Assembly: GCA_017621795.1 (NCBI GenBank)
Contig: JAGASJ010000004.1
Span: 14,988 to 78,987, forward strand
Direction of reading: 5' to 3'
Length of the DNA stretch: 64,000 nucleotides
Origin: Oscillospiraceae bacterium
Lineage (GTDB): Bacteria > Bacillota > Clostridia > Oscillospirales > Oscillospiraceae
The notes beneath the pieces are model-generated. The model did no database searches and was not told where the DNA came from. It saw only the letters and a list, made by a program, of their open reading frames with translations. Numbering within the stretch: the stretch's first letter is position 1; the number at the start of each line of letters is the position of its first letter. This document shows, in pieces, positions 48,680-58,678 of this stretch. The position numbers were made by a program, and so were the translations under genes.

Positions 48680-48831
48680 TATATTTCCTCCGAAACTATT
48701 TAACAGTTTTTGTTTTTAATATGGTGTTTGAATGGTTAAATCCTGGGCGTAAAGTTTGAGCGAAAACCAGAATTGTTTTAGCGTATTGTGTCTTACCGAG
48801 CAATTATAGTACTTGAATTACTGGAGAAGGA

Positions 48832-49737
48832 TTAGCCACTGATTTTAGAGTAGATTTCCTTCAAATAATTTGTATAGACACTCGCAATTGTGTCAACACT
48901 GGCATTCTCAACACAATCTTCCTCATTCTCGCATAATACAACGTATGTTAGATAGTACATTGCATCCATATGTTCTTCTTCAGTCAGCAAATCTTTCAAT
49001 TCGCTCGAACGTACAAATTCAAGGGGAGCATTATAAATATCGTTTGCCCACTTCTTTCTCACTTCCTGAACAGCAAAGGGATCCTCATCCGTGTAGGATT
49101 TCAGTACATCACTTTCTTCAATAACAGGGAGAAAATCAGCGGGTGTCATTGTTTGATATTTCTCTTGCTTTAAATCGTTCTTCAGGTAATTAAACGCGTG
49201 TCCGGCAGCTCCGTACAGAGCTTTGATGAAAGGCTCTTCAAACTCAATAAGACGAGATCCTTTTTCTCTGGAAACAGCAAAGCTTACATACTCATTAAGC
49301 AGCTTCGCTCTGATAACCTCCCATATGAAATAATCGATGGCAACAACTCTGGCGCCTGTGCAAGTAGTATCGGAAAAAGCGCGATTGAATAATGCTTTCT
49401 GCATAGCGGGCAAAATATCTTCCTTTGTAAGGATTGTTTCGCTCTTTGTAATGAAATGTTCAACACCTTTTTCAAAATTACTTATGGACACTTCTTTTTT
49501 ATCCAGAACCGAGAAGATATAATCCAGTTCTTCATCCAAATTCACAGATGCATAGAATGCTTCAAAGGCTTCTTCTCTTTCCTTCTTCTTTTGCGCTTCC
49601 TGTTCCTTCCGTGCCTTTTCTTGTTCCTTGCGTTCCTGTTCCTTACGCTCCTGCGCCTCGCGTTCCTTTTCCTTGTTTTTCTTAAAGTAGATGAATGCTG
49701 CAACAAAGATTGCCACAACGACTAATGTTCCGATCAT
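48832..49737 (-). CDS. Hypothetical protein with N-terminal TM anchor and charged coiled coil
   Basis: MIGTLVVVAIFVAAFIYF then QERKEQERKEQEK repeats. Confidence 0.75.
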   Translation of the reverse strand: MIGTLVVVAIFVAAFIYFKKNKEKEREAQERKEQERKEQEKARKEQEAQKKKEREEAFEAFYASVNLDEELDYIFSVLDKKEVSISNFEKGVEHFITKSETILTKEDILPAMQKALFNRAFSDTTCTGARVVAIDYFIWEVIRAKLLNEYVSFAVSREKGSRLIEFEEPFIKALYGAAGHAFNYLKNDLKQEKYQTMTPADFLPVIEESDVLKSYTDEDPFAVQEVRKKWANDIYNAPLEFVRSSELKDLLTEEEHMDAMYYLTYVVLCENEEDCVENASVDTIASVYTNYLKEIYSKISG

Positions 49738-49818
49738 AGTAAAATACCTTTCCTTCTAATATGTGTTTTGGGGATTATGAAGTTATGATTTAGAAAGCCT
49801 CAGCTATAGATATGAAAC

Positions 49819-50034
49819 TTACTTTAACGCTGTCCACTTGGAATATTTACCGCAACACCAATCTGCCTTAGGGCCATAGGCAAACCCTCCAACGCGTGGG
49901 TCTATATTACATTTTGCGTTAGGCTTTGGGTCCGGGGTTGTAACTTTATCCCTGAACGAATTAACATTTCGAGGGCCCGACCAATTTGCGCAAGTAGCGC
50001 AACATTTTTGATTACTGCCTGTTGACCATGACAT
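49819..50034 (-). CDS. Small cysteine-rich (putative metal-binding) protein, 71 aa
   Basis: ATG 50034 behind GAGGAGG; CCATCANW...KC...WCCGKYSKW. Confidence 0.7.
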   Translation of the reverse strand: MSWSTGSNQKCCATCANWSGPRNVNSFRDKVTTPDPKPNAKCNIDPRVGGFAYGPKADWCCGKYSKWTALK

Positions 50035-50085
50035 AGTATGTTCCTCCTCATATCGTAAATATTTCATCATTGACATTGCAATGAA

Positions 50086-51426
50086 TCATCTGGGTCTGTA
50101 ACTGGCACAGTTTGAACGTCTAAAACGCATCGAACACCGTCCAGACAATGCACAGGTATTACACTGATGTCTACGCTCCCGGTCCTCGGCCTGTTTCCGC
50201 TCAAATTCGGCTCTTTCCTGTCTACGCCGTTCCGATTCTTGTCTGCGTCGTTCCGCGTCCTGCTGTTGTTTTCGCTCGCGCTCCTGTTTTTCACGAAAAC
50301 TCATTTCCTCACGGTGACGATGCTCTTCATCATCACGCCGTTGTTTTTCTTCTCGTTGGCGTTGCCGTTCCTGCTCCCGTTGGAAACTCATTTGTTCTCC
50401 ATATCGGCGTTCTTCATCCTGCCTTTTCCGATCTTCCTCATAACGTCTACGCTCTTCCTGTTCGCGTTGAAGCTCAAGCTGTCTTTCACGATACTGGATC
50501 TCTTCATAAAGATTGATTGCTTCTTTGATATCATCAGCTCTGCCTCTTTTTAGAAGTTCAATAAGGGTATCTATAACCGGCAAATATTCTTCAGATAAGC
50601 AATCATTACATTGATCCACTTTTTTCTTGGCTGGAAGATATCTTTCTTCATACAGTTGATTGGCGCCTTGTTTTCTGTCGTTTTCAAGTTGTTCCTTGAT
50701 CATCTTTTCTTCATCAATGTGTTGGATGTACAGTTCTCTCCATTCACAATACTGACCCAAAAAAGCTGACAGCTGTTGCTCAAATTCCGCTTGTCTTTGT
50801 TCGTAGTCCCTTGCTTGCTGTGCTACTTGTTGTTCGTATTCTGAGAGTGTCTTCTCCTTTTGCTGATTATATTCTTCCATTGCAGCATTATAGATTTCGC
50901 TATACGTTTTTTCTGCTTGCTGCACTGTTATCTTAGAGGACAGGAAGATATAAGCACATATTGCAAACACAGCAATTCCTACTAATGCTGTCAAGATATT
51001 ATTAAAATAAGGAAGAAGCGCTAATAGAATTGCTACTCCAACGATCAATGTGATCTTAGACTTGGTCTTGGCTGTGTCCTTCTTGATTTCTAATTCCCGT
51101 AGTTCCGAATTTGCAAACTCTTTTATAATGGGCTCTTTAAGTTTCTTTGGCTTTTTCGGAGCGCAAGTGCGCCTATATGTCGCTTCCATCTGCTTTACAG
51201 CATCATCTTTTTCGTGGGAAACGCTATGTTCTAAATATCGACGGGTGCTTTCATTTTCATAGTCTCCGGGAAAAGTCGGCACTACACACTTTCTCTCGTA
51301 CTGATCTTCCGGTGTGAAATTCTTTATTTCATATGCCGCACGACTGGTCTCAAGATATAATTCAGATATTATTTTCAGCTTTTCAATTACTTCCTCTTTG
51401 GACAAGCCGATTGATTTGTCTTCCAT
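50086..51426 (-). CDS. Membrane protein (2 TM) with long coiled coil and C-terminal Cys cluster
   Basis: Two hydrophobic helices, E/R/Q-rich coiled coil, C-terminal CNTC...C...CASY. Confidence 0.8.
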   Translation of the reverse strand: MEDKSIGLSKEEVIEKLKIISELYLETSRAAYEIKNFTPEDQYERKCVVPTFPGDYENESTRRYLEHSVSHEKDDAVKQMEATYRRTCAPKKPKKLKEPIIKEFANSELRELEIKKDTAKTKSKITLIVGVAILLALLPYFNNILTALVGIAVFAICAYIFLSSKITVQQAEKTYSEIYNAAMEEYNQQKEKTLSEYEQQVAQQARDYEQRQAEFEQQLSAFLGQYCEWRELYIQHIDEEKMIKEQLENDRKQGANQLYEERYLPAKKKVDQCNDCLSEEYLPVIDTLIELLKRGRADDIKEAINLYEEIQYRERQLELQREQEERRRYEEDRKRQDEERRYGEQMSFQREQERQRQREEKQRRDDEEHRHREEMSFREKQERERKQQQDAERRRQESERRRQERAEFERKQAEDRERRHQCNTCALSGRCSMRFRRSNCASYRPR

Positions 51427-51560
51427 ATACGCACCTTCCTTAGTGCTTAATAGTAAATTAATTATATATTTATAAGACTAATTTGTCAACCTTATGCGAC
51501 TAATATCGCAAGTTAATATCTGCTAATATATTCTTATAAGACTATGTTAGGAGTGAGGCT

Positions 51561-51842
51561 ATGGATATCAGTAAGCGATTAATTGCCTTAAGGGAGCAGT
51601 GTGGTTATACGCAAAATGGTTTGGCGGAACGCGCCGGTGTGTCCCAAACCCATTTACGCCGTGTGGAACGGGGTGAAGCGGATATTACTGTGGGCCATTT
51701 ACAGATGTTATGTGATGCTATGAATGTTTCCCTGAAAGAGTTTTTCTCCGTCCAAGAAACTGATGACGATTTGACTGTTGCACTCTCCAAGCTCTCCCCC
51801 AAACAGAAGAAGTTACTATTGGCATTTCTTGAAAGCTTATAA
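51561..51842 (+). CDS. XRE-family HTH regulator
   Basis: YTQNGLAERAGVSQTHLRRVERGE; divergent from the 4-gene run. Confidence 0.9.
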   Translation: MDISKRLIALREQCGYTQNGLAERAGVSQTHLRRVERGEADITVGHLQMLCDAMNVSLKEFFSVQETDDDLTVALSKLSPKQKKLLLAFLESL

Positions 51843-51870
51843 ATAACAGAGAGTTAATAGCTCAATGGCA

Positions 51871-52572
51871 TTACGCTGTTGTCTTTAACTCTCTTTTGTA
51901 TTTATAATAAGAATTTCTGGATATCTTACAGAGCGTCATAACCTCAGGATCACTAAGCGTGCCTCCAAAATCGGTGGCATGCTTTTTTATTATCTCTTTG
52001 CACTTGATGGATTTTTCAGTGGTTAATGTAGTTCCTTTTTCCAGACCAATCTGTTTTCCGTTTCGTTTACTTTCACGCATACCTTGACTGATTCTAGTGT
52101 GAAGGTCTTGCACTTCTTTTTCAGACTGGGCAAAGGCTGACTTGATCTGTTCCTCGGCTAAGGACATGAGAAGGTTGTTAATCAAGGTGATGTTACCTTT
52201 GAAGTAATCATCAACCGCTGTGTTACCGGTCTGAACAGAAATCTCCAAAAGGTTGTTCTTGGTGGAGTCAAAGATTGAAGTGTTGATCAAAGGCTCGTTG
52301 ATAAACTCCAGGTGAATACCTGCTTCGTAGAGTCTCTTGTAATCCTTAAAGCCTTCAGTTGCGTTTCTAGACATTCTGGATACACTATCAAAGATGATGG
52401 TATCGCCCGGCCTAAGCTGCTTCATCAGCTTGTCCCATAGTGGCCGGTTCTGAGTAGTTCCGGTGTAGAACTCCTTGATGATTGTGGCGATCGGATACAC
52501 TTCCTTAATGTTAGTAACTTGTCGGGTGATTCGTTGGTGTTTTGTACTGACACGACAATAACCATAAATCAT
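51871..52572 (-). CDS. Serine recombinase (resolvase/invertase family)
   Basis: YGYCRVST catalytic motif, DSVSRMSRN, C-terminal HTH ISRNSYYKY. Confidence 0.92.
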   Translation of the reverse strand: MIYGYCRVSTKHQRITRQVTNIKEVYPIATIIKEFYTGTTQNRPLWDKLMKQLRPGDTIIFDSVSRMSRNATEGFKDYKRLYEAGIHLEFINEPLINTSIFDSTKNNLLEISVQTGNTAVDDYFKGNITLINNLLMSLAEEQIKSAFAQSEKEVQDLHTRISQGMRESKRNGKQIGLEKGTTLTTEKSIKCKEIIKKHATDFGGTLSDPEVMTLCKISRNSYYKYKRELKTTA

Positions 52573-52753
52573 TTTTAATTCCTCCGTAGTATTGAAAGTA
52601 GCTTTACTCAGTTTTGATATTTACATTATGTCGTGTTTGGGTCCGTTTGTAAGCGCTTTTGCGACAACTTTTTTAGGCTTTTTTTCAATACTGGATTTAT
52701 TCGGAATTTTCTGATATACTTATTTTATCGACAAAGCAATAGGGGGAAAAATA

Positions 52754-53554
52754 ATGAGTGATTACGTTGCTTGGGATGATGAAACTGTTTATAAATATGA
52801 TGAAGCCACGTTCGAAGAAGCTAATGTAGCCTACGAAGAGGCAGAGCAACGCTTTTACGCAGAACAGTACCCACTGATAGAAGGCTTTGAGAAATATAAT
52901 ACCGAGACTGTATCTGCTTCAACCCTTGATGAATATTTAATGTTCTTAGTGAAGGGGTATATTAATGTTAGTCTCAGGTCTGGCCTGAGTATGCATTTGA
53001 TGGATCTGTTAGAAGATGAATGGTTTTTCCAGTGGCCATTAATTCACTGGGCTTATGCTTCTAATCTCTTGCGTGGTATAGGTTGCAAGAAGGATATAAA
53101 AAGAGCCATAGACATTTTGCTATCTATGGCTCGAAATGATTGTCCCGGTGCTTTATATGATATTGGTTGTTGCTATATGAACGGCTGGGGTGTGGAAACG
53201 TCTTACACAAAAGCTCTCTATTGTTGGTTGAAAGCTTGGGAGAAGGGTTATCATCAGGCAAAAGAGGAATTGAAGTTGGAGTATCGGACAGGGCGGTTTG
53301 ATGAACACGAAGAAGTTCCTACAGTTGTGAAATATGCTCTTATTTGTGAGATTACAAATTGGTTTGTAACAGAGAGGAATCTTACGGAAATGAATATTAA
53401 TGATAAACTCGACAACCGGGATAAAAATGAGTTGAGAAAACTAAACAGACAGCTAAAGCGATTGGAAAAAGAATTAAAAAAAGAAGCTCCACTTCGTACA
53501 TTTGCAAAACAGTTTTATGACGACGATAATAATCCGTATAAAATAAAAATCTAA
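52754..53554 (+). CDS. Sel1-like repeat protein
   Basis: ALYDIGCCYMNGWGVETSYTKALYCWLKAWEKG and a preceding GIGCKKDIKRA repeat. Confidence 0.75.
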   Translation: MSDYVAWDDETVYKYDEATFEEANVAYEEAEQRFYAEQYPLIEGFEKYNTETVSASTLDEYLMFLVKGYINVSLRSGLSMHLMDLLEDEWFFQWPLIHWAYASNLLRGIGCKKDIKRAIDILLSMARNDCPGALYDIGCCYMNGWGVETSYTKALYCWLKAWEKGYHQAKEELKLEYRTGRFDEHEEVPTVVKYALICEITNWFVTERNLTEMNINDKLDNRDKNELRKLNRQLKRLEKELKKEAPLRTFAKQFYDDDNNPYKIKI

Positions 53555-53590
53555 CATAAGATAATCTTCCTTGTAAATGAGGTGTAACAA

Positions 53591-54070
53591 ATGGTGAATT
53601 GGAATGTCAAACCCAATACATATAAGGAACATGATTTTATTGAAATTCCTGTGGGGGCGCATCGTGTTCAGATTACCAGAGTGTTTAGAGAAAAATTTAA
53701 GTCAGGTAAAACCTGCTATGAAATCACGTTAAAGGTTTCAGGCTACCATGGGAAGCTTTGGTGTCAACTATGGGACGACCCCAATGATAGCATATCTAAA
53801 AACGCTCAGGATATCATTCAGTTTTTTGAATCATTCCAAATTGAGAACCGGGACCTTGCTGAGTATAAAAAATGGGTTGGAAAAAGCGGGGCAGTCTATG
53901 TAAATCACTATGATAAATATGAAAAAGATAAGTTTGACTATAAATATTGTTCCAAGGTAGCTTATTACTTGACAGGAAGGCAACGCGACAATCTTCCGGC
54001 TTGGCAGGATGGATATAAGGGGCCGTACAAGGATCTAGAAATTCCTATCGTCGGTGAGATGCCCTTTTAA
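53591..54070 (+). CDS. DUF669-like phage-type single-stranded DNA-binding protein
   Basis: IPVGAHRVQI...KSGK..YEITLKV...KLW pattern, WVGK, C-terminal EMPF tip. Confidence 0.6.
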   Translation: MVNWNVKPNTYKEHDFIEIPVGAHRVQITRVFREKFKSGKTCYEITLKVSGYHGKLWCQLWDDPNDSISKNAQDIIQFFESFQIENRDLAEYKKWVGKSGAVYVNHYDKYEKDKFDYKYCSKVAYYLTGRQRDNLPAWQDGYKGPYKDLEIPIVGEMPF

Positions 54071-54080
54071 GTAAAAAGAA

Positions 54081-54116
54081 AACTAGCGCTATGATGTGGT
54101 AATCAATAGCGCTAGT
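54081..54116. terminator. Hairpin after the SSB-like gene
   Basis: ACTAGCGCTAT...ATAGCGCTAGT stem. Confidence 0.5.
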
Positions 54117-54228
54117 TAATACGAAAAGAATTTGATGTAGATCTTTCTATTCGGTAGTGTGTGGTATAGCCTTGGCGGTACTATTTTGACTTCATTTAAT
54201 TTAGCTAATAATATAGGAGGGATTCAGT

Positions 54229-55581
54229 ATGGTTACATTGGAAGAAATTGCCGGTAGGCTTGTAGACAGGAAAGATTATGATTTTACAGTCACTAAAGAG
54301 CATTGGGAACCTCAAAGGGCCGATGATTATGTGTTGCCAGCTTTTACGATCAAGGAAAGTACGGCTAAAGGAGCTGAGACCAAACTTCGGAATAAGCTAA
54401 GTAAGGTTTTAACTTTTATTGACTTTGTAGAACATAAACGTTTTAAAACTGGCTGCACCATCATACCTATCAGTGTTACTAATAAGGATAATCTTTCTAT
54501 TTGGAAAAATGAAAAAGGTGTTTCCAGGGCAATTGCTTTCATGATAGAAATTGGCCTGATCAGCATCGAAAATGATAGATTTCAATTTGGAGCCTATTAC
54601 GAAAAGGACAATAAGAGTAAGTACTACCGGTACTATAAGGAGAACGAAGACAAGGTAAAACAATATTGTAAGGACCACAACATTCAGGCATTCATAGTCC
54701 AGAATAAACTTTATCCTATAGATGAGATCAAGAATGTACATTCTGAGATCGATAAGTCAAAGGTACGTTTCGCTTCGAGGCTTAAACTTGTAAAGCCCGC
54801 AGAACTTAGCAAAGCAGAGTTTGATGAACAACTTACTTTGTGTTTATATGAGAATTATCCCGGCCTGCATTTTTATATTCAAAAGGCTAATGAGATCAAT
54901 GAGAAATATTACAAGGATTATCCTAAGTTCCGCATTCGTTTTCAGCCCAACATCATTTGGTCTGATGATGGCCGATATGTGAACCGCATAGGCATTCGCG
55001 CTACAAATTCTATGAGTAATCTCAAAAAGGAACAGCGTGCAAGTGTTCTGAAAACATATGGTTTCACTCTGGAAAAAGACATTAATGCATCAGTTCCCAG
55101 GATGACTCTGTCGCTCAATATGGGCCATTGGATTGAAGAGGATACTGATATTTATGAATTGATTTATCGTCAAATGGAGCCGACAGGGACCTTCACACAA
55201 GAAGTGAGAGAAGCTATTAAGAAGTTGCATATGCGCGCTTATTTTGATGCCGGCGACAAGTCTGCCGGACATCACACCTGGCTGTCAATGAAACAAGATG
55301 AAATTGAAAGGCAAGATGTTTGTGATAAGATGGCAGAATTTAGAAATGCCATTATCCAGGCTGAGGGTGGTAAGCTTTATGGTAGTGATATTTTTTATGT
55401 TGAGTCTTGTGTTTATCTTATGACATTATATGACTTGTTGGCTTCAGGGCACAGAGTGTGGCAGGTGTATGACTGTTTCTATTCGACCGGGGATGAAGAT
55501 CAAGAGTTGTTTGAATATATGATTTCAAATGGTGTGAGGATTAATTTTGAAGAGTTTTTAAAAGTATATTGGATAAGTTAA
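54229..55581 (+). CDS. Small superfamily-A (PolA/T7-like) polymerase-fold protein, putative replicase
   Basis: GIRATNSMSNLKKEQR, motif A-like KDINASVPR, motif B-like REAIKKLHMRAYF, YVES, motif C-like QVYDC; no exonuclease domain; GGAGG RBS. Confidence 0.6.
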   Translation: MVTLEEIAGRLVDRKDYDFTVTKEHWEPQRADDYVLPAFTIKESTAKGAETKLRNKLSKVLTFIDFVEHKRFKTGCTIIPISVTNKDNLSIWKNEKGVSRAIAFMIEIGLISIENDRFQFGAYYEKDNKSKYYRYYKENEDKVKQYCKDHNIQAFIVQNKLYPIDEIKNVHSEIDKSKVRFASRLKLVKPAELSKAEFDEQLTLCLYENYPGLHFYIQKANEINEKYYKDYPKFRIRFQPNIIWSDDGRYVNRIGIRATNSMSNLKKEQRASVLKTYGFTLEKDINASVPRMTLSLNMGHWIEEDTDIYELIYRQMEPTGTFTQEVREAIKKLHMRAYFDAGDKSAGHHTWLSMKQDEIERQDVCDKMAEFRNAIIQAEGGKLYGSDIFYVESCVYLMTLYDLLASGHRVWQVYDCFYSTGDEDQELFEYMISNGVRINFEEFLKVYWIS

Positions 55582-55754
55582 TTAGTATATATTAATCATT
55601 TATATTTTTTTATAATATTTTTTTAATAAATAATTTATATAGGTATACAATAGCTGACACTTGCAAAAGGCTGATGATTTTAGCAGATCATCAGCCTTTT
55701 GTCTTTGTAAAGATTCGTACTACTGATATTTTGCGCTATCAAAGTACTTCAAAC

Positions 55755-56126
55755 TTAATACCAACTACTGCCAAAGACATCGACATTGGCGTAGTAATTT
55801 TGAACTATTTCATCTACCGTAAATTTCTTCTTGATCAGAACTGCAGCAGTCAGTAAACTCATATGATCATAAGTATATTTGACAACATTATCGATCAACT
55901 GCTTCCTAAACTTCTTATCTACATTTACCTTAAACGGATTATTATCAAAGGTTTCAAGGAATTCTTCAAATTCATCCACAGTAATCATATTCCCATGCTG
56001 ATGATTTATCTTGTAAAAGAACATGAAGAATTCATGCAGATCTTCGTCACTTAAGCTTTCCAGCTCTTTAATTAATGTTTCTGTTACTTTATCAACCTTA
56101 TTAATCGTGTTTTCTTGATTCTCCAT
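55755..56126 (-). CDS. Hypothetical protein (123 aa)
   Basis: ATG 56126 behind GGAG; acidic helical ORF. Confidence 0.6.
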   Translation of the reverse strand: MENQENTINKVDKVTETLIKELESLSDEDLHEFFMFFYKINHQHGNMITVDEFEEFLETFDNNPFKVNVDKKFRKQLIDNVVKYTYDHMSLLTAAVLIKKKFTVDEIVQNYYANVDVFGSSWY

Positions 56127-56279
56127 ACCGGCTCCACTTTCTATTTCAAAATATATTAAACAACAACAGAGCGCAAAATATTGCTGTTCATGTAATTTGG
56201 CAGAAATAGGGCGCTTACGAATGGCCAAAAACACGATATGATATATTCAGTAATCACAAGCTTTGGAGGTCACTGAATA

Positions 56280-57500
56280 ATGGGCAAAAAGAAATCAAAT
56301 GGTGAGGGTTCCATTGTCAAACGCAAGGACGGACGGTATATGGCCCGATATACTTTAGGGGACAAGCGCTGTGCCATCTATGGTTCTACCTTTGAAGAAG
56401 TCCGGGTGCAGTTAACAGACACCCTATCCAAAATAGATCAAGGTATCCACATTGCACCCATCGGCTATACTGTGTCCCAATGGCTTAGGGAATGGTTATT
56501 CACCTATGCTCTACCAACAGTCAAGCAGTCAACTTATATTTCCTATGAAAGCTATGTCCGGCTTCACCTGGAACCGGCACTTGGAACAAATAAACTAACG
56601 ACCCTGACCGTTGAACTGTTCCAACGGTTCTTCAATCAGAAAAAGCAGTCCCTTTCTCCTAAGTCCCTCAGGAATATTTATAATATGTTACACAACTGTC
56701 TTGACCAAGCAGTAACAAACGGATATCTAATGCGTAATCCCCTGCAGGGCGTTAAGCTTCCCCAGGTCACCAAAAAGGAAATGCTTATTCTTACCCAAGA
56801 AGAACAAAATGCTCTCCATATGGCTGCCCAGGAGTCCCACACAATAGCCACATTTGGAATTATCTTTACTCTCAGTACCGGTATCAGAATGGGTGAAATG
56901 CTGGGCCTTCAATGGGGTGATGTGGATTACAGTAACCACACCGTCCGGATACGTCGAACTGTTGGCCGACTTCAGAAAGTAGATGAGTCCGGGAAACTGA
57001 TCCCCAAGACTGCCGGTGTTCCAACCACTGAGATCGTCGCCAGATCCCCTAAGTCAGTTACGGCGCAGCGGACGATCCCTCTGTTCTCTCAAGTCTGGAA
57101 TGACCTTATGACTTACTACAAAAAGCAACAAGAACTACTCCAGTCACAAGGCATTCCCTTAACACCTACTACCCCCATATTCTCCACACCTTTGGGTCTT
57201 GTGTACGAGCCCCGTACCTATGAGGACTTATTCAAAAGGACTCTCAATGAAGCTGGTGTTCCTGATATTAACTTCCATGCCCTACGGCACACCTTTGCTA
57301 CCAGAGCCCTGGAAGCCGGTATGGATATCAAGGTCCTTTCCTCTATCTTAGGTCATGCCCAGGCTTCAACTACATTGAACTTATATGCCCACGCCCTACC
57401 AGACCACAAGAGACACAGTATGGAGAAGATGAGTAACTTTTATGGATCCGGTAACAACTCAACCAATCAAACTACCAAATATAGCGGGGTGTTAGTATGA
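56280..57500 (+). CDS. Tyrosine recombinase / phage-type integrase
   Basis: N-terminal NGEGSI..RKDGR arm domain, TGIRMGE, K, FHALRHTFATR, LGHA, LNLYAH. Confidence 0.96.
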   Translation: MGKKKSNGEGSIVKRKDGRYMARYTLGDKRCAIYGSTFEEVRVQLTDTLSKIDQGIHIAPIGYTVSQWLREWLFTYALPTVKQSTYISYESYVRLHLEPALGTNKLTTLTVELFQRFFNQKKQSLSPKSLRNIYNMLHNCLDQAVTNGYLMRNPLQGVKLPQVTKKEMLILTQEEQNALHMAAQESHTIATFGIIFTLSTGIRMGEMLGLQWGDVDYSNHTVRIRRTVGRLQKVDESGKLIPKTAGVPTTEIVARSPKSVTAQRTIPLFSQVWNDLMTYYKKQQELLQSQGIPLTPTTPIFSTPLGLVYEPRTYEDLFKRTLNEAGVPDINFHALRHTFATRALEAGMDIKVLSSILGHAQASTTLNLYAHALPDHKRHSMEKMSNFYGSGNNSTNQTTKYSGVLV

Positions 57501-57796
57501 ATAAGATTATCAACCAACTGAAAACCTACATAGAAACTCATCCCTTTGACCCTGGGGACAGTGATTGTGAAACCGTTCTGGATCAACTATACCAAGCCTA
57601 CGCCGAGTCCCATGAAAACGACCCACCAGAAATCAGTAACGGATTTAAGGAATTAGACGAATTCCTCTGTAACATCCCTCTAGAAGATAACAATGCTGTC
57701 TTTACCCTCTGTTGTCGTCTGTGTAGTGCTTATGAACGGAAAGCTTTTATTGACGGGGTTCAATATGGTGCACACCTCATATTGGAACTAAACTAG
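57497..57796 (+). CDS. Hypothetical protein translationally coupled to the integrase
   Basis: ATGA overlap with the integrase stop; ERKAFIDGVQYG C-terminal motif. Confidence 0.7.
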   Translation: MNKIINQLKTYIETHPFDPGDSDCETVLDQLYQAYAESHENDPPEISNGFKELDEFLCNIPLEDNNAVFTLCCRLCSAYERKAFIDGVQYGAHLILELN

Positions 57797-57801
57797 CACA
57801 A

Positions 57802-57839
57802 ATCCCACCGCATTATGAAACAACACAATGCGGTGGGAT
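57802..57839. terminator. Hairpin between convergent genes
   Basis: ATCCCACCGCATT...AATGCGGTGGGAT. Confidence 0.7.
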
Positions 57840-57864
57840 GATTTAATTATTAAGACCAATGTTT

Positions 57865-58659
57865 TTAATTGTCTTTCTGGTAAATGCTAAATCGAGCGTT
57901 ATACTCTTCTGTTTCTTGTTCTAGTTTTGCTTCTGCCTCTTGGTTATATAGTTCTTTTAACTGAGACATATGAGATATCGATTCATCAATCTGGTTGCGT
58001 AACCAAAGGTACTTCTCACGTAATGATGCATCAGTCAACCTATTTAGCATAATCTCACACTTATGAATCAGTCTATCTCCATAGGCTTTCATTTCTTCCA
58101 ATGTGCTGTAATATCTGCCAGGTAAATAATCAATAAAATATAAGCCATCCTTATCTTTAACAAAGTCCCCGCCCCAACGCTCCACAGCTGGAAACATATA
58201 CTTGGTTGATTCTTGCCCTGCTTCTAATGTCTCACCGGTAAAAATCACACGAGGATATTTAGCTAGATTGCATTCAAGCAAGTATGCTTTGGTTAAACCT
58301 TGACCATAAATAATATCATCCTCATAATATAGGGAGCCTTTTGCTATTCCTCCCCTCAAAAGAATCGGATCATCTCTATTTGCTAATGCTCTCTGAAGTT
58401 GAGTGCATATCGTGAGCAATGCAGGAAATGAATCCTCTATTTCTGCGTCAATAAAAATAATGACACTATCAGATAGAATCTTATGCTGAATCCCCTCAAA
58501 TGCCTGAATTTGAACACCATTGTAATTCATTGCGCCCTTAGATCTCGCATGAATAGTCTCAAAAATCTTATAAATTGTTTCACATTCTTCGTGGTCAATA
58601 AATGCCTTGAATCCTAAAACATCCAAAAAGGCAACAAAATGCTCTCTATATGCTCTCAT
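57865..58659 (-). CDS. Divergent class III nucleotide cyclase-like protein
   Basis: FLDVLGFK, LSDS, LRGGIAKG, YGQGLTKAYLLE, YPRV. Confidence 0.7.
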   Translation of the reverse strand: MRAYREHFVAFLDVLGFKAFIDHEECETIYKIFETIHARSKGAMNYNGVQIQAFEGIQHKILSDSVIIFIDAEIEDSFPALLTICTQLQRALANRDDPILLRGGIAKGSLYYEDDIIYGQGLTKAYLLECNLAKYPRVIFTGETLEAGQESTKYMFPAVERWGGDFVKDKDGLYFIDYLPGRYYSTLEEMKAYGDRLIHKCEIMLNRLTDASLREKYLWLRNQIDESISHMSQLKELYNQEAEAKLEQETEEYNARFSIYQKDN

Positions 58660-58678
58660 TTCAATACTCCTCCTATAC

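Noticed and set aside
52588-52692. res site for the serine recombinase (AGTATTGAAA...TTTCAATACT)
   Set aside because: Plausible position, but short AT-rich matches could be chance; subsites could not be defined
57865-58659. Calling the gene canonical pycC or an mCpol/GGDEF enzyme
   Set aside because: Lacks the canonical N/R catalytic pair and a GGDE/D-type motif; left as a divergent class III-like candidate
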